DNA of 49,077 nt, from the NCBI GenBank assembly GCA_963705165.1, contig CAVPJD010000003.1, positions 1-49,077 of the forward strand. The letters are read 5' to 3'. Positions within the stretch are counted from its first letter, which is position 1; each line of letters starts with the position of its first letter. A program made the translations under genes and the position numbers. This DNA comes from an uncultured delta proteobacterium (lineage in GTDB: Bacteria > Desulfobacterota > Syntrophia > Syntrophales > UBA2192). Shown here piece by piece: positions 20,181 to 28,630 of this stretch. The notes beneath the pieces are model-generated. The model made no database searches, was not told where the DNA came from, and saw nothing but the letters and a program-made list of their open reading frames with translations.

Positions 20181-20627
20181 CTTTTCTTTCCTCCTGTTCT
20201 CTGTCTTCCGATTCTGTTTCGTTCCTCTATTCCTTCCAACACCCTCCGCATCCTGGCTTCCCTGCTTGCATCCCCCCCTCGAGTGAGTGACTGACACCCA
20301 CGGCCGGGCATTCCAGCCTGCGGGGTTGCTTTCGGGCAGACGGACCCTCGGACCGGACCTTGCCTCTTGATGCCCGTCGACGGGCTGACCCGCCGATACA
20401 ACCTTCCGACAGAATGTATTCCCGCTTTGAAATCAGAGACAGGAAGATGCCGAAAGTGTCGCCACGTCTCCAGAATAGCCCGCCAAGCTGGCGATGGAGT
20501 GACGACCGACCACCGGCCCGTTGCGGTTCCTATTCAACGACTGGTTATCAAAAGGAGTGAAGCACTCCCGATCCTTCGAAGCTTCCTGAGAGGAAGATAT
20601 AGATAAAAATTTGCCTTTATAGCTTCT

Positions 20628-20643
20628 TGCAAATTCCAGACCA
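20628..20643 (-). promoter_or_regulatory. Candidate sigma54 (-24/-12) promoter for the Cache-MCP operon
   Basis: Minus strand reads TGGTCT-GGAAT-TTGCA (GG-N10-GC spacing), ~450 nt upstream of the Cache gene. Confidence 0.5.
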
Positions 20644-20777
20644 CTTAAAATGCATTCCTGGATGATTCTGTGAATACCCGGGAAAGGCCGTCAGAAAATG
20701 CGTTTCACGCGGCAGACGGGATTGGTTGGACGCTCCGCGCAGATGCGGAAACGGAAAAAGAAACGATGGGAACAAGG

Positions 20778-21821
20778 CTAATCCGGCCGGAATTCTATCC
20801 TGATCGTCAGAAAACCCTCAGGGTGCGGGGCTGCATGAGCGCTCTCCTGCACACTGCCAAGGGATTTCAGCTTGTCCAGAAGTGCATCGACGTGCTCCGT
20901 TTTTATTCGCGCCGAGAGGGTAAGGTGCCCGTCACGGACTTGACGTTCGACGGCCTGTGCACCGACTTTCCTCACAATCCCTTCAACCTCGCTTGCTGCC
21001 GACCCCGGATCGCGGGTACGCAGGGTGACCTCCAGATCGGACCTGGGCGGTGCGGCCACGGACATCATGGGCGATGCGGCAGACCGGGCTTCCTGTTTTC
21101 CCGCCTCCTTTGCCACGGCACCGACCGGGGCTTTCAGGGCCTTCTGTTTCTGGTCCAGGGCCCGGTCCGCCTCCTCCGATCTCGCCGCGCCCGTGCCTTT
21201 CCAGGCGTCCTCGTCTTTCGGAGGCTCCGCCGCACGCTTTGCAGCCTTCAACCGCTCAACCGGTTTTTCGGCATCGGCCGTTGTTTCTTCACGAACAGTT
21301 GCCGCTCGCTGCGGGACCGGTTCTTGCCCGGGCGCGGGGGGCGGTGTGTAGGCCTTCTTCTCCCGGGCTGCAGGGCTTTCATCTCTTTTCTCTCTCCCTG
21401 CAGCCGGCACGGGCGGGGCCTGGACCTGCGGGACTTCCCGCACTGTCGTCAGAGGCGGGGCCATCTGTCTGAACTCGGGCTCCCCCGTCTTGTAGACATT
21501 CCATGCGACAACGGCTATGAGAACCGTGGCAAGGGCCTGGATGGGAACTTTGATGTGCAGCGGATAGAAGAATTTCCGCAAGAACCCTTCTTTCTGTCCC
21601 GCCTCTTCCCGAATTCGGGCCATGACTCTTGTTTTCAGCCAGGTCGGCGGTTCCACTTCCTCGAGGCTCCTTACCCGCTCATTGGACATTCTCAAGTCCG
21701 CAAAATCTTTGCGGCAGGACGCGCACGTCTCCAGGTGCGCCTCGATGCGCTTTTTCTCCGTCTCGGACAGTGCGCCGTCGATCATGCCGGGAAGGAGGTC
21801 TTCAATCTCTTTGCACGTCAT
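20778..21821 (-). CDS. Anti-sigma factor with N-terminal zinc-finger (zf-HC2/ZAS), TM segment and low-complexity periplasmic region
   Basis: MTCKEI...IEAHLETCASC (HxxxCxxC), TM IQALATVLIAVVAWNVY. Start overlaps the sigma stop (ATGA). Confidence 0.88.
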   Translation of the reverse strand: MTCKEIEDLLPGMIDGALSETEKKRIEAHLETCASCRKDFADLRMSNERVRSLEEVEPPTWLKTRVMARIREEAGQKEGFLRKFFYPLHIKVPIQALATVLIAVVAWNVYKTGEPEFRQMAPPLTTVREVPQVQAPPVPAAGREKRDESPAAREKKAYTPPPAPGQEPVPQRAATVREETTADAEKPVERLKAAKRAAEPPKDEDAWKGTGAARSEEADRALDQKQKALKAPVGAVAKEAGKQEARSAASPMMSVAAPPRSDLEVTLRTRDPGSAASEVEGIVRKVGAQAVERQVRDGHLTLSARIKTEHVDALLDKLKSLGSVQESAHAAPHPEGFLTIRIEFRPD

Positions 21822-22444
21822 GGCCAATCACCCAGAACTTTGACGAGGCAGTCTTTCATGGCAGCCCTCGCCCTGAAAAGCCTCGATTTCACGGTCCCGT
21901 CGGGCAGCTTCAGCAATTCGCCGATCTCGTCGTAGGAAAACCCCTGGATGTCCCGCAGAACAAGGACCTCCCGGTATTCCGTTTCAAGCGCCCCGATGCA
22001 CTCCTGCACCCGGGCTGCGATTTCCTTTTTCTCCAACTGCTCAACGGCCGATTCCCCGCAATCCGGGACCTCGCGCTGCAGGCTCCCTTCTTTGAGCCCG
22101 ACGGGGTCATCGATCGAGCGGGTTTCGTGCCGCGACCGGCCCTGCGCCTGCTTGATCCGGTTCCGTGCGAGATTCACGACGATCCCGTAGAGCCAGGTGG
22201 AAAACTTCGCTTCCCGCCTGAAGGACCCGATCGCCCGGTACGCCGCAAGAAAGGCGTCCTGCACGACATCGCAGGCCTCCTCGTAGTCCCCCAGCATCCG
22301 GTAGGCGACGTTGAGCATGCGCTTCTGATGCCGCTCGACGAGGATCTCGAAGGCATCCGGTTCGCCCTTCTGGCACAGCAGGACGGCTTTCACGTCCTCG
22401 TCATCGGTCATTCGGTGCAGGGCAGCAACCACGGGATCCATCAT
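21818..22444 (-). CDS. ECF RNA polymerase sigma factor (RpoE/SigW-like)
   Basis: AFEILVERHQ, ACDVVQDAFL, FSTWLYGI, REVLVLRDIQGFSYDEIGELL..GTVKSRLFRAR. Exact start uncertain (22444, 22441 or 22411). Confidence 0.93.
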   Translation of the reverse strand: MMDPVVAALHRMTDDEDVKAVLLCQKGEPDAFEILVERHQKRMLNVAYRMLGDYEEACDVVQDAFLAAYRAIGSFRREAKFSTWLYGIVVNLARNRIKQAQGRSRHETRSIDDPVGLKEGSLQREVPDCGESAVEQLEKKEIAARVQECIGALETEYREVLVLRDIQGFSYDEIGELLKLPDGTVKSRLFRARAAMKDCLVKVLGDWP

Positions 22445-22571
22445 CTCAGGGATTTTCGTTCCCCCGATTTCCCGTCAGTGCGGCGATTTTGTCAAGAGAA
22501 TACTTCCAGGCCGGAGCCGCGGCGTAAGTCGGACGCCATGACTCCGGCCCGGGTATCCGTTCCACTGACGC

Positions 22572-24890
22572 TCAGGCAGTCAACGTGATCACCACCCTCC
22601 CCTCCTTCCCGTCCGGCATGGCAGGCAGTCTCATCTTCCTGATCTGATCGGCGATACACTGGGAAGCCTTGCCGCTGTTCAGGGTGCTGGAAAGGATCTG
22701 CACGCTCTTCACGGTACCGTCAGGGCTGATGGTCAGCCTGAGCACAATCTTTCCCTTTGCGCCGGCGAGGCAGGAGTCCAGTTTTGCGGTCTGCTCTTTG
22801 AGCTTCCTGAGAATGTCTTCTTTGGAAAGCCCCTGCGACACGGTCACATCGACGATGGCGATGGCTGCCTTCTTGTCTTTCTCTTCGTCCTTTGCCCGCT
22901 TCTCTTTCACGAGGGCCCTGTCTTCCGATGTCCCGACGGCCTCTCTCTTGGCCACCTGCGCCATGGGTGCATAGGCGTGCATCATCTTGCCGCCCACGGC
23001 GTACTCGGAGACACCCTGGGGAAGCGGCAGCGGCTGCTTCACCGTCGAGGGCTTCCCATCGCTGTTGCGCACCTCCGAGTCGATCGCCACGAAGGACGTG
23101 TACGCCGTGAGAAGATTGTAGCGAAGACCGAGTTCGGTCACCTCCTGGATGCGCTTGTCGCTTGCCCGCAGCATGTTGGTGACCGAGAGCACCGTGATCC
23201 GGTGTCGCGCCCAGAGGTACCGAAGGGCCGAGTTGGCCTCCGAGGGTTTCACCTTTCCCACGTCGATGGTCTCGGCAAACCGGCCCTCCCCTGGAATCCC
23301 GCTCAGCGTAATGCTCCCCCTCGCCTTTCCGCGCCACTTGCCAAAGACGATGACGGGACGATCGGCCAGGACATCGGGGATAGTTGGCGGCTCCACGTCG
23401 TAAGCCTCGAAGCCCTTGAAATCGACCTTTACCTGCGTGAGCACCGGCGACTGGATCATGCTGCGGAATTTTTCTGCCTTCGCCGGGGCCTCGGCTGCCG
23501 TTGTGATCACAACGGGTTCGCCCATGCCGACGTGCGCCATCCCTTCGATGATGTGGCGGTTGACGGCCGTGCCGATGCCGAAGGCGAACATATTGGCATT
23601 GCCCAGATTGTTCCGGATGAGATCGAAGACCTCTTCCTCGACGGTTACATAGCCGTCGGTGGCGATGACGATGGTTCGGGACGTGCTCTCCGCTTTTTTC
23701 ATGGACAGGGCCCGCTTCAGGGCCGGCAGAAGCTCAGTGCCCCCGCCGCCTCTCTGGCGATCGATGAGTTGGATGGCCCGCGCGATGTTTTCCTGCGTTG
23801 CCGGGAGGGACTCCTCGGCCATGGCCGACGATCCGCCCGAGAAGAGAAGGACGTTGAACCGGTCCGTGGGCCTCAGGTTCCCGATCAGGTTGGCCATGAG
23901 CTTCTTCGAGATCTCCAGCGGGAATCCGTGCATGGACCCCGACACGTCGACGATGAAGATGTACTCGCGGCCGGGGATGTCGGCCTTTGCGATCCGCTTC
24001 GGGGGCTGCATCATGAGGAGAAAGAAGTTCTCCCTTTTCCCCTCGAAGAGAAGGAGCCCGGATTGAATCCTGTCGCCGTCGAGCCGGTAACGCAGGATGT
24101 AGTCGCGGTTGCCGCCCCGGGTTTCCGAGGCATCGAGTGAAACCTTCACGGCAGATGGACTGCCGTAGGCAGTATTCACCTTGTGGGACGGGCAGGCAAG
24201 CTCCCGGATCGGGAGCCCCGCCGAGATGTCCACCGCGATCCCAAAGGGTTGGGTCGGGGCCTCCCCCTGGCGCAGATAGGGGTTCTGCACCCAGTGCTCG
24301 GATGGGGTCGCCGTCTCGGCCTTCTGATTGGAGTAACGGGGGCCGACGACGCTGGGGTAGACAAATTCATAGACACGCTCCGTCGGGACGATGAGTTCCG
24401 TGTATCGCATCTCCACCTTGATCTCGTCGCCGGGCATGATGTTGGCCACGTTCATCTGGAAGACGTTGGGCCGCTGCTGCTCCAGCAGCGAGGCGCTCCG
24501 GCCCTGGTCGCGGGCCTGCTCGTAGTCTCGCCGGGCCTCGTCACGCTTCTTGATCTTTGCCTCGATGACGCGCTTGCCGATGGTCATCTTCATCCCGTAA
24601 ACGGCCGCCCGCGTCGAGGCCGGAAATACGTAGATCGCCTCAAGGGGCTTTTTCCCTTCATTCTTGTAGAGCTGGGTGACGAGGACATCGGCGATCACGC
24701 CGGAAATCCGGACCGACGCCTCGGTGGCCTTCAAGGGGAGCCGGTCCAGGGCGGGATCGTCACTTTTCACGAAGAAATAGGGGGACAGGGTCCTGTCATC
24801 GGTTGCCTCCGGGCGGGCATGGGCCGCGCTCCATGGGAGCATCGAGGCGACCAGCAGGAAAAGCATCAAAAGTCGAATCGCCGTTTTCAT
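22572..24890 (-). CDS. Exported VIT + vWA domain protein with C-terminal TonB/AgmX-like domain
   Basis: AGGAGG RBS, signal peptide MKTAIRLLMLFLL..AAHA. VIT region (ISGVIADV.VTQ.Y.N...EAIYVFP), vWA MIDAS DVSGSM and TDG, LLTAYTSFVAID, C-terminal GKIVLRLTISPDGTVKSV...CIAD.IR. Confidence 0.9.
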   Translation of the reverse strand: MKTAIRLLMLFLLVASMLPWSAAHARPEATDDRTLSPYFFVKSDDPALDRLPLKATEASVRISGVIADVLVTQLYKNEGKKPLEAIYVFPASTRAAVYGMKMTIGKRVIEAKIKKRDEARRDYEQARDQGRSASLLEQQRPNVFQMNVANIMPGDEIKVEMRYTELIVPTERVYEFVYPSVVGPRYSNQKAETATPSEHWVQNPYLRQGEAPTQPFGIAVDISAGLPIRELACPSHKVNTAYGSPSAVKVSLDASETRGGNRDYILRYRLDGDRIQSGLLLFEGKRENFFLLMMQPPKRIAKADIPGREYIFIVDVSGSMHGFPLEISKKLMANLIGNLRPTDRFNVLLFSGGSSAMAEESLPATQENIARAIQLIDRQRGGGGTELLPALKRALSMKKAESTSRTIVIATDGYVTVEEEVFDLIRNNLGNANMFAFGIGTAVNRHIIEGMAHVGMGEPVVITTAAEAPAKAEKFRSMIQSPVLTQVKVDFKGFEAYDVEPPTIPDVLADRPVIVFGKWRGKARGSITLSGIPGEGRFAETIDVGKVKPSEANSALRYLWARHRITVLSVTNMLRASDKRIQEVTELGLRYNLLTAYTSFVAIDSEVRNSDGKPSTVKQPLPLPQGVSEYAVGGKMMHAYAPMAQVAKREAVGTSEDRALVKEKRAKDEEKDKKAAIAIVDVTVSQGLSKEDILRKLKEQTAKLDSCLAGAKGKIVLRLTISPDGTVKSVQILSSTLNSGKASQCIADQIRKMRLPAMPDGKEGRVVITLTA

Positions 24891-24924
24891 GGGGAACCTC
24901 CTTTGTTTTAAGGCTTTTATCTGA

Positions 24925-24953
24925 TTAGACAACGGGGCCGTCGAAAAAGTTCC
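24925..24953 (-). promoter_or_regulatory. ECF (sigmaE-type) promoter upstream of the VIT-vWA gene
   Basis: Minus strand GGAACTT-N16-GTCTAA, matching the RpoE-type -35/-10 consensus, ~35 nt before the start codon. Confidence 0.75.
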
Positions 24954-24991
24954 CTTTTTCGACCCTATACTTTCGACCCCTCCCCATGAGA

Positions 24992-25060
24992 ACAATTTTG
25001 TCCATGCATGCGAAGACCTCTTGTTTTTTGTATAGTTTTTCGCTATAGGAACAATTCCGT
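24992..25060. promoter_or_regulatory. ACA-N4-TGT boxes upstream of the sigma54 activator gene (possible autoregulation)
   Basis: ACAATTTTGT at 24992-25001 and a near-match ACAATTCCGT at 25051-25060. Confidence 0.5.
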
Positions 25061-25091
25061 AATAAACGCCTCGTCCCCGACAGGATGTGCC

Positions 25092-26615
25092 ATGAGCCGA
25101 TTCAACTACGAGGAACTCGCCGTTCTGCACACCATCGCGAAGATCCTGACGCAGTCGGGAGAGCTGCGCGAGCAGCTCGAGAAGATCATGACCGAGATGA
25201 GCAAGCGACTCGGAATGGAGCGCGGCATGATCTCCATCCTGGACCGGAAAACAGGCGAGACTTGGCTGGAAGTGGCCCGGGGGGTGGACATCGAGGGCCT
25301 CGACATCAGCTACAAGCCAGGCGAAGGCATCACCGGCAAGGTTGCCCAGACGGGAAGGCCCATGGCCATCGCCAACCTGGGAAAGGAAAACCTCTTCCTC
25401 GACCGCACCGGCGCCCGCAAGCATCTGGACCGCTCCCAGTTGTCCTTCCTCTGCGTTCCCATTGTATACAACGGGAACGTCGCCGGTGTTCTTTCGGCCG
25501 ACAAACTGACCCACAAGGTCACAGACCTCGAGGAGGAAGTGGCCATCCTGTCGGCCGTGGCCGACCTCATCGCCAAGGCCGTCCACGGCCTGGGCCTCGA
25601 GGAGGAGAATCGCAGCCTGCGCAAGATGCTCAGCCGGACAAGGACCATCTCCACGGATATCATCGGGAATTCCAAGCCGATGCTGGACGTGCTCAACATG
25701 ATCGCCCAGGTGGCCGATTCGGGTACGACGGTTCTCATCAACGGCGAGACGGGAACGGGGAAGGAGCTGGTGGCGAGGGCGCTCCACTCCAACAGCCCCC
25801 GCAAGGAGGGCCCCTTCGTCCAGGTCAACTGCGCCGCCATGCCGGACACCCTCGTCGAAAGCGAGCTTTTCGGACACGAGAAGGGTGCCTTTACCGGTGC
25901 CATTCAGCGGCGCCGGGGCCTCTTCGAGGAGGCCCACGGCGGGACGATCTTCCTCGACGAGATCGGGGAGCTCTCCCAGGCGGCTCAGGCCAAGGTGCTC
26001 CGCGTCCTTCAGGAGAAACAGCTCCAGCCCGTGGGTTCATCGCGGACGATCACAGTCAATGTTCGCATCATTGCGGCAACGAACCGCAACCTGGAACAGG
26101 ATGTTGTGGAGGGCAGGTTCCGGGCGGACCTTTTCTATCGCCTGAATGTTTTCCCCATCTTCATGCCGACGCTGCGGGAGCGGGGAAGCGACATCATTCT
26201 CCTGGCGGACCACTTCATCCTTAAATACGCAAAGATCCTCGGAAAGAAGGTGAAGCGGATATCCACGCCGGCCCTGGACATGCTTCTCGCCTACCATTGG
26301 CCCGGAAACGTCCGCGAGTTGGAAAACAGCATCGAGCGGGCCGTGATCCTTGCGCCGGGGGACTCCATCGAAAGCGTCCACCTGCCGCCCTCGCTCCAGA
26401 TGAAATCAAGAGACGCAGCAAAGAAGGAAAGGGGAAAGCTCGAGACCCTCGTCAGTGCCTACGAGCGCTCACTGATCATCGACACCCTGAAGGACGCACG
26501 CGGCAACCAGAGCAAGGCGGCCAAATTCCTCGGGACGACGAAGCGGATCATCCAGTACAAGATCACGAAATACGCTATCGATCCTCAGCGTTTCAAGACA
26601 AAGCGCATCGCTTGA
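25092..26615 (+). CDS. Sigma54-dependent enhancer-binding protein, GAF-AAA+-Fis HTH (NifA-like architecture)
   Basis: GAF (YKPGEGITGKV, SFLCVPI), GETGTGKEL, ESELFGHEKGAFTGA, FLDEIGE, FRADLFYRLNVFPI, WPGNVRELEN, C-terminal HTH GNQSKAAKFLG. Confidence 0.95.
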   Translation: MSRFNYEELAVLHTIAKILTQSGELREQLEKIMTEMSKRLGMERGMISILDRKTGETWLEVARGVDIEGLDISYKPGEGITGKVAQTGRPMAIANLGKENLFLDRTGARKHLDRSQLSFLCVPIVYNGNVAGVLSADKLTHKVTDLEEEVAILSAVADLIAKAVHGLGLEEENRSLRKMLSRTRTISTDIIGNSKPMLDVLNMIAQVADSGTTVLINGETGTGKELVARALHSNSPRKEGPFVQVNCAAMPDTLVESELFGHEKGAFTGAIQRRRGLFEEAHGGTIFLDEIGELSQAAQAKVLRVLQEKQLQPVGSSRTITVNVRIIAATNRNLEQDVVEGRFRADLFYRLNVFPIFMPTLRERGSDIILLADHFILKYAKILGKKVKRISTPALDMLLAYHWPGNVRELENSIERAVILAPGDSIESVHLPPSLQMKSRDAAKKERGKLETLVSAYERSLIIDTLKDARGNQSKAAKFLGTTKRIIQYKITKYAIDPQRFKTKRIA

Positions 26616-26797
26616 TGCAAGCCAAACCATTCGGGACAGGGCCATCCATAATGGCCTTCCGGTTAACGGTTTTTTGCTTTGTCGGCTTTCGGCAGGTACT
26701 CTGGAAAAATCCGTAACGGATATTCTGGGAAGAGACTGAAGGGCCCAAGCGATTTCGGTCACGAATTCGAACCCGTCCACGTCACCCTCGATCTGGA

Positions 26798-26980
26798 ACA
26801 ATTTTGTTCACATTTTCACGCCTTCACCCTCGGTGACACGACTCATTCCGTTTCGCCTTCACCAACGGCCAGGCTCCCCGGCATCAGATATAAACTAATA
26901 TATTCAGCTCATTAGAATATTCCCTTGCGCCGCTCCAGCAACGGTGCTCTCCCGCCGGCAGAGCGTGGCATGCTTCTTGT
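26798..26980 (+). promoter_or_regulatory. ACA-N4-TGT box plus sigma54-type promoter for the HTH-only gene
   Basis: ACAATTTTGT at 26798-26807, AT-rich spacer ~26885-26920, TGGCAT-GCTTC-TTGT at 26966-26980 (variant -12). Confidence 0.6.
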
Positions 26981-27035
26981 CTTTCCAATCCGTAACGGTC
27001 CATCATTCCACAATGACCAAGCGGGGTGGAAAGTC

Positions 27036-27245
27036 ATGAAAGTACAGAAAATGGAAAGCCATTCGGTCTCTTGCCTTGCCAGTCTCATGAACGCCTATGA
27101 GCGGGCGCTGATCATCGACGCCCTCGTGAGTACGCAGGGAAATCAAAGCCAGGCCGCTAAACTGCTGGGCACATCCAAGAGGGTGATCCACTACAAGATT
27201 CACAAGTACGGGATCGACCCGCACCGTTTCCGGATGCATGGCTAG
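27036..27245 (+). CDS. Stand-alone Fis-type HTH protein (69 aa), paralog of the activator's DNA-binding domain
   Basis: LASLMNAYERALIIDALVSTQGNQSQAAKLLGTSKRVIHYKIHKYGIDPHRFR; about 34 of 54 residues identical to the activator C-terminus by manual alignment. Confidence 0.85.
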   Translation: MKVQKMESHSVSCLASLMNAYERALIIDALVSTQGNQSQAAKLLGTSKRVIHYKIHKYGIDPHRFRMHG

Positions 27246-27273
27246 CAGGAAAGAGCGGGGATGAGAGATCATT

Positions 27274-27459
27274 ACAATTTTGTGCACCACATAGTGAGGT
27301 ATACAAATTTGTTTTCTTTTTCTCTAATCCCGGGTCGGATTCCGGCATCGCACAATGGCGTCGTTGTCGAAAAACATATTTAAATTCGTGTCGTTTCAAT
27401 GCAGCAGGTGAGGGGCTGCAAACACCATGAACACGCTCCCTCCATGGCACGAATATTGA
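27274..27459 (+). promoter_or_regulatory. Paired ACA-N4-TGT boxes and sigma54-type promoter for the glutamate synthase operon
   Basis: ACAATTTTGT 27274-27283 and ACAAATTTGT 27303-27312 (29 bp apart); TGGCAC-GAATA-TTGA at 27445-27459 (variant -12). Confidence 0.7.
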
Positions 27460-27496
27460 CCCTGACGGGCACAAACCCCTTCGAGGAACAAGCACC

Positions 27497-28630
27497 ATGT
27501 GTCGACTTTTTTCCATCACCAGCGAGCAGCCGCTCTCCCCGATGATCGCCCTCGAGGCGCTGAACGTCATGAAGGAAGGCCATGACGGCTCCGGCGTGGG
27601 GCTCTACATGACTGACCTGGGCGGTGAGTTTGCCGGCTACCGGCATTGCCCGATCCTCTCGGGGATCTTCACCAAAGAGGGCATGAAGAAGCTCAACGAG
27701 TACATGACGGCGCGCGGTTTCGTTGCCAAGCACGAGGTCGTCATCCGGCCCTCCAAGACCCCGCCTTCGGGCACCCCCCGGCGCGATGCCTACCTGTTTG
27801 CCGTATACGAATACCCCGCCGAGTGGATGGGTCTGAGCAAGGAAGAGAGGGCTCTGCGCTTCATGATCACCCGTGTGCAGCTTCGGCAGATGGGCATCGA
27901 GGACGGCGGTTCCATGATGGTCTTCAGCTTCTGGCCCGATGTGATCATGCTCAAGGAGATCGGCGATCCCCTGGAAGTCGCCGAGTACCTCGACCTCGAC
28001 AAGCGGGGCATCCTGGCCCGCAGCATGCTGACCCAGGGGCGGCAGAACACAAATTACGCCATCACCCTCTATGCGTGCCACCCCTTCTTCATACAGGGAG
28101 TGGCCACCATGACAAACGGCGAGAACACGGCCTTCGTCCCGATCCGCGAGTACCTCCTGTCGAGGGGCTGCCCGGGCTACATCGGCTACCAGTCCGATTC
28201 GGAAGTCTTCGCCCACATCATGCATTACACCCAATACAAGCTCGGCATGGGGCTCGAGGCCTACAAGCACATCATCACTCCCCTGAAGGACGAGGAACTC
28301 AACCGGCACCCCGATGGCCAGTGGCTGCGCCTGCTGAAACACACCTGCCGGCCCCTCATCATCGACGGGCCCAACTGCGTGATCGGCTTTCTGCCCGACA
28401 AGACCATGTTCGTCGTCCAGGACAGCAAAAAGCTCCGCCCCGGCATCATCGGCGGCAAACGGGGCCTCTACGCCGTCTCTTCGGAGATGTGCGGCCTCGA
28501 CTACGTGATCCCCGACCGGGACAAGAGCAAGGACTTTCAGCCCATGAAGTACGACGTGGCCTCCGTGGGTCCCGATCGTGCGGAGGTCAGGATATGGAAC
28601 CAATGGGAACCCTTCACCCATCAACGCTGA
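27497..28630 (+). CDS. Glutamate synthase, class II glutamine amidotransferase subunit (GltB1-type)
   Basis: N-terminal nucleophile MCRLF, EGHDGSGVG, GRQNTNY, ACHPFF, NGENT, SDSEV, DGPNCVIG, DSKKLRP. Confidence 0.88.
   Translation: MCRLFSITSEQPLSPMIALEALNVMKEGHDGSGVGLYMTDLGGEFAGYRHCPILSGIFTKEGMKKLNEYMTARGFVAKHEVVIRPSKTPPSGTPRRDAYLFAVYEYPAEWMGLSKEERALRFMITRVQLRQMGIEDGGSMMVFSFWPDVIMLKEIGDPLEVAEYLDLDKRGILARSMLTQGRQNTNYAITLYACHPFFIQGVATMTNGENTAFVPIREYLLSRGCPGYIGYQSDSEVFAHIMHYTQYKLGMGLEAYKHIITPLKDEELNRHPDGQWLRLLKHTCRPLIIDGPNCVIGFLPDKTMFVVQDSKKLRPGIIGGKRGLYAVSSEMCGLDYVIPDRDKSKDFQPMKYDVASVGPDRAEVRIWNQWEPFTHQR

Noticed and set aside
18180..20294. 704-aa plus-strand ORF and similar long antisense ORFs (e.g. 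28621..30336, 32504..34261, 35356..36921)
   Set aside because: Shadow ORFs opposite well-supported genes, expected from GC-rich codon bias.
20560..20620. c-di-GMP-I riboswitch upstream of the chemotaxis genes (AAGGCAAA on the minus strand)
   Set aside because: The following P2 stem, GNRA loop and ACGCAAA/GGUCUAA elements are absent.
24891..25937. 1121-aa version of the VIT-vWA ORF
   Set aside because: The extension is antisense to the activator gene; RBS, signal peptide and promoter support the start at 24890.
25092..26615. Calling the activator nifA and inferring nitrogen fixation
   Set aside because: No nif genes in the window and no TGT-N10-ACA sites noticed at the target promoters; only the domain architecture matches.
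27646..28593. Long N-terminal extension of the FMN subunit (860-aa call) or a programmed fusion with the amidotransferase
   Set aside because: The extension is an off-frame overlap; a GGAGG RBS supports an independent start at 28594.
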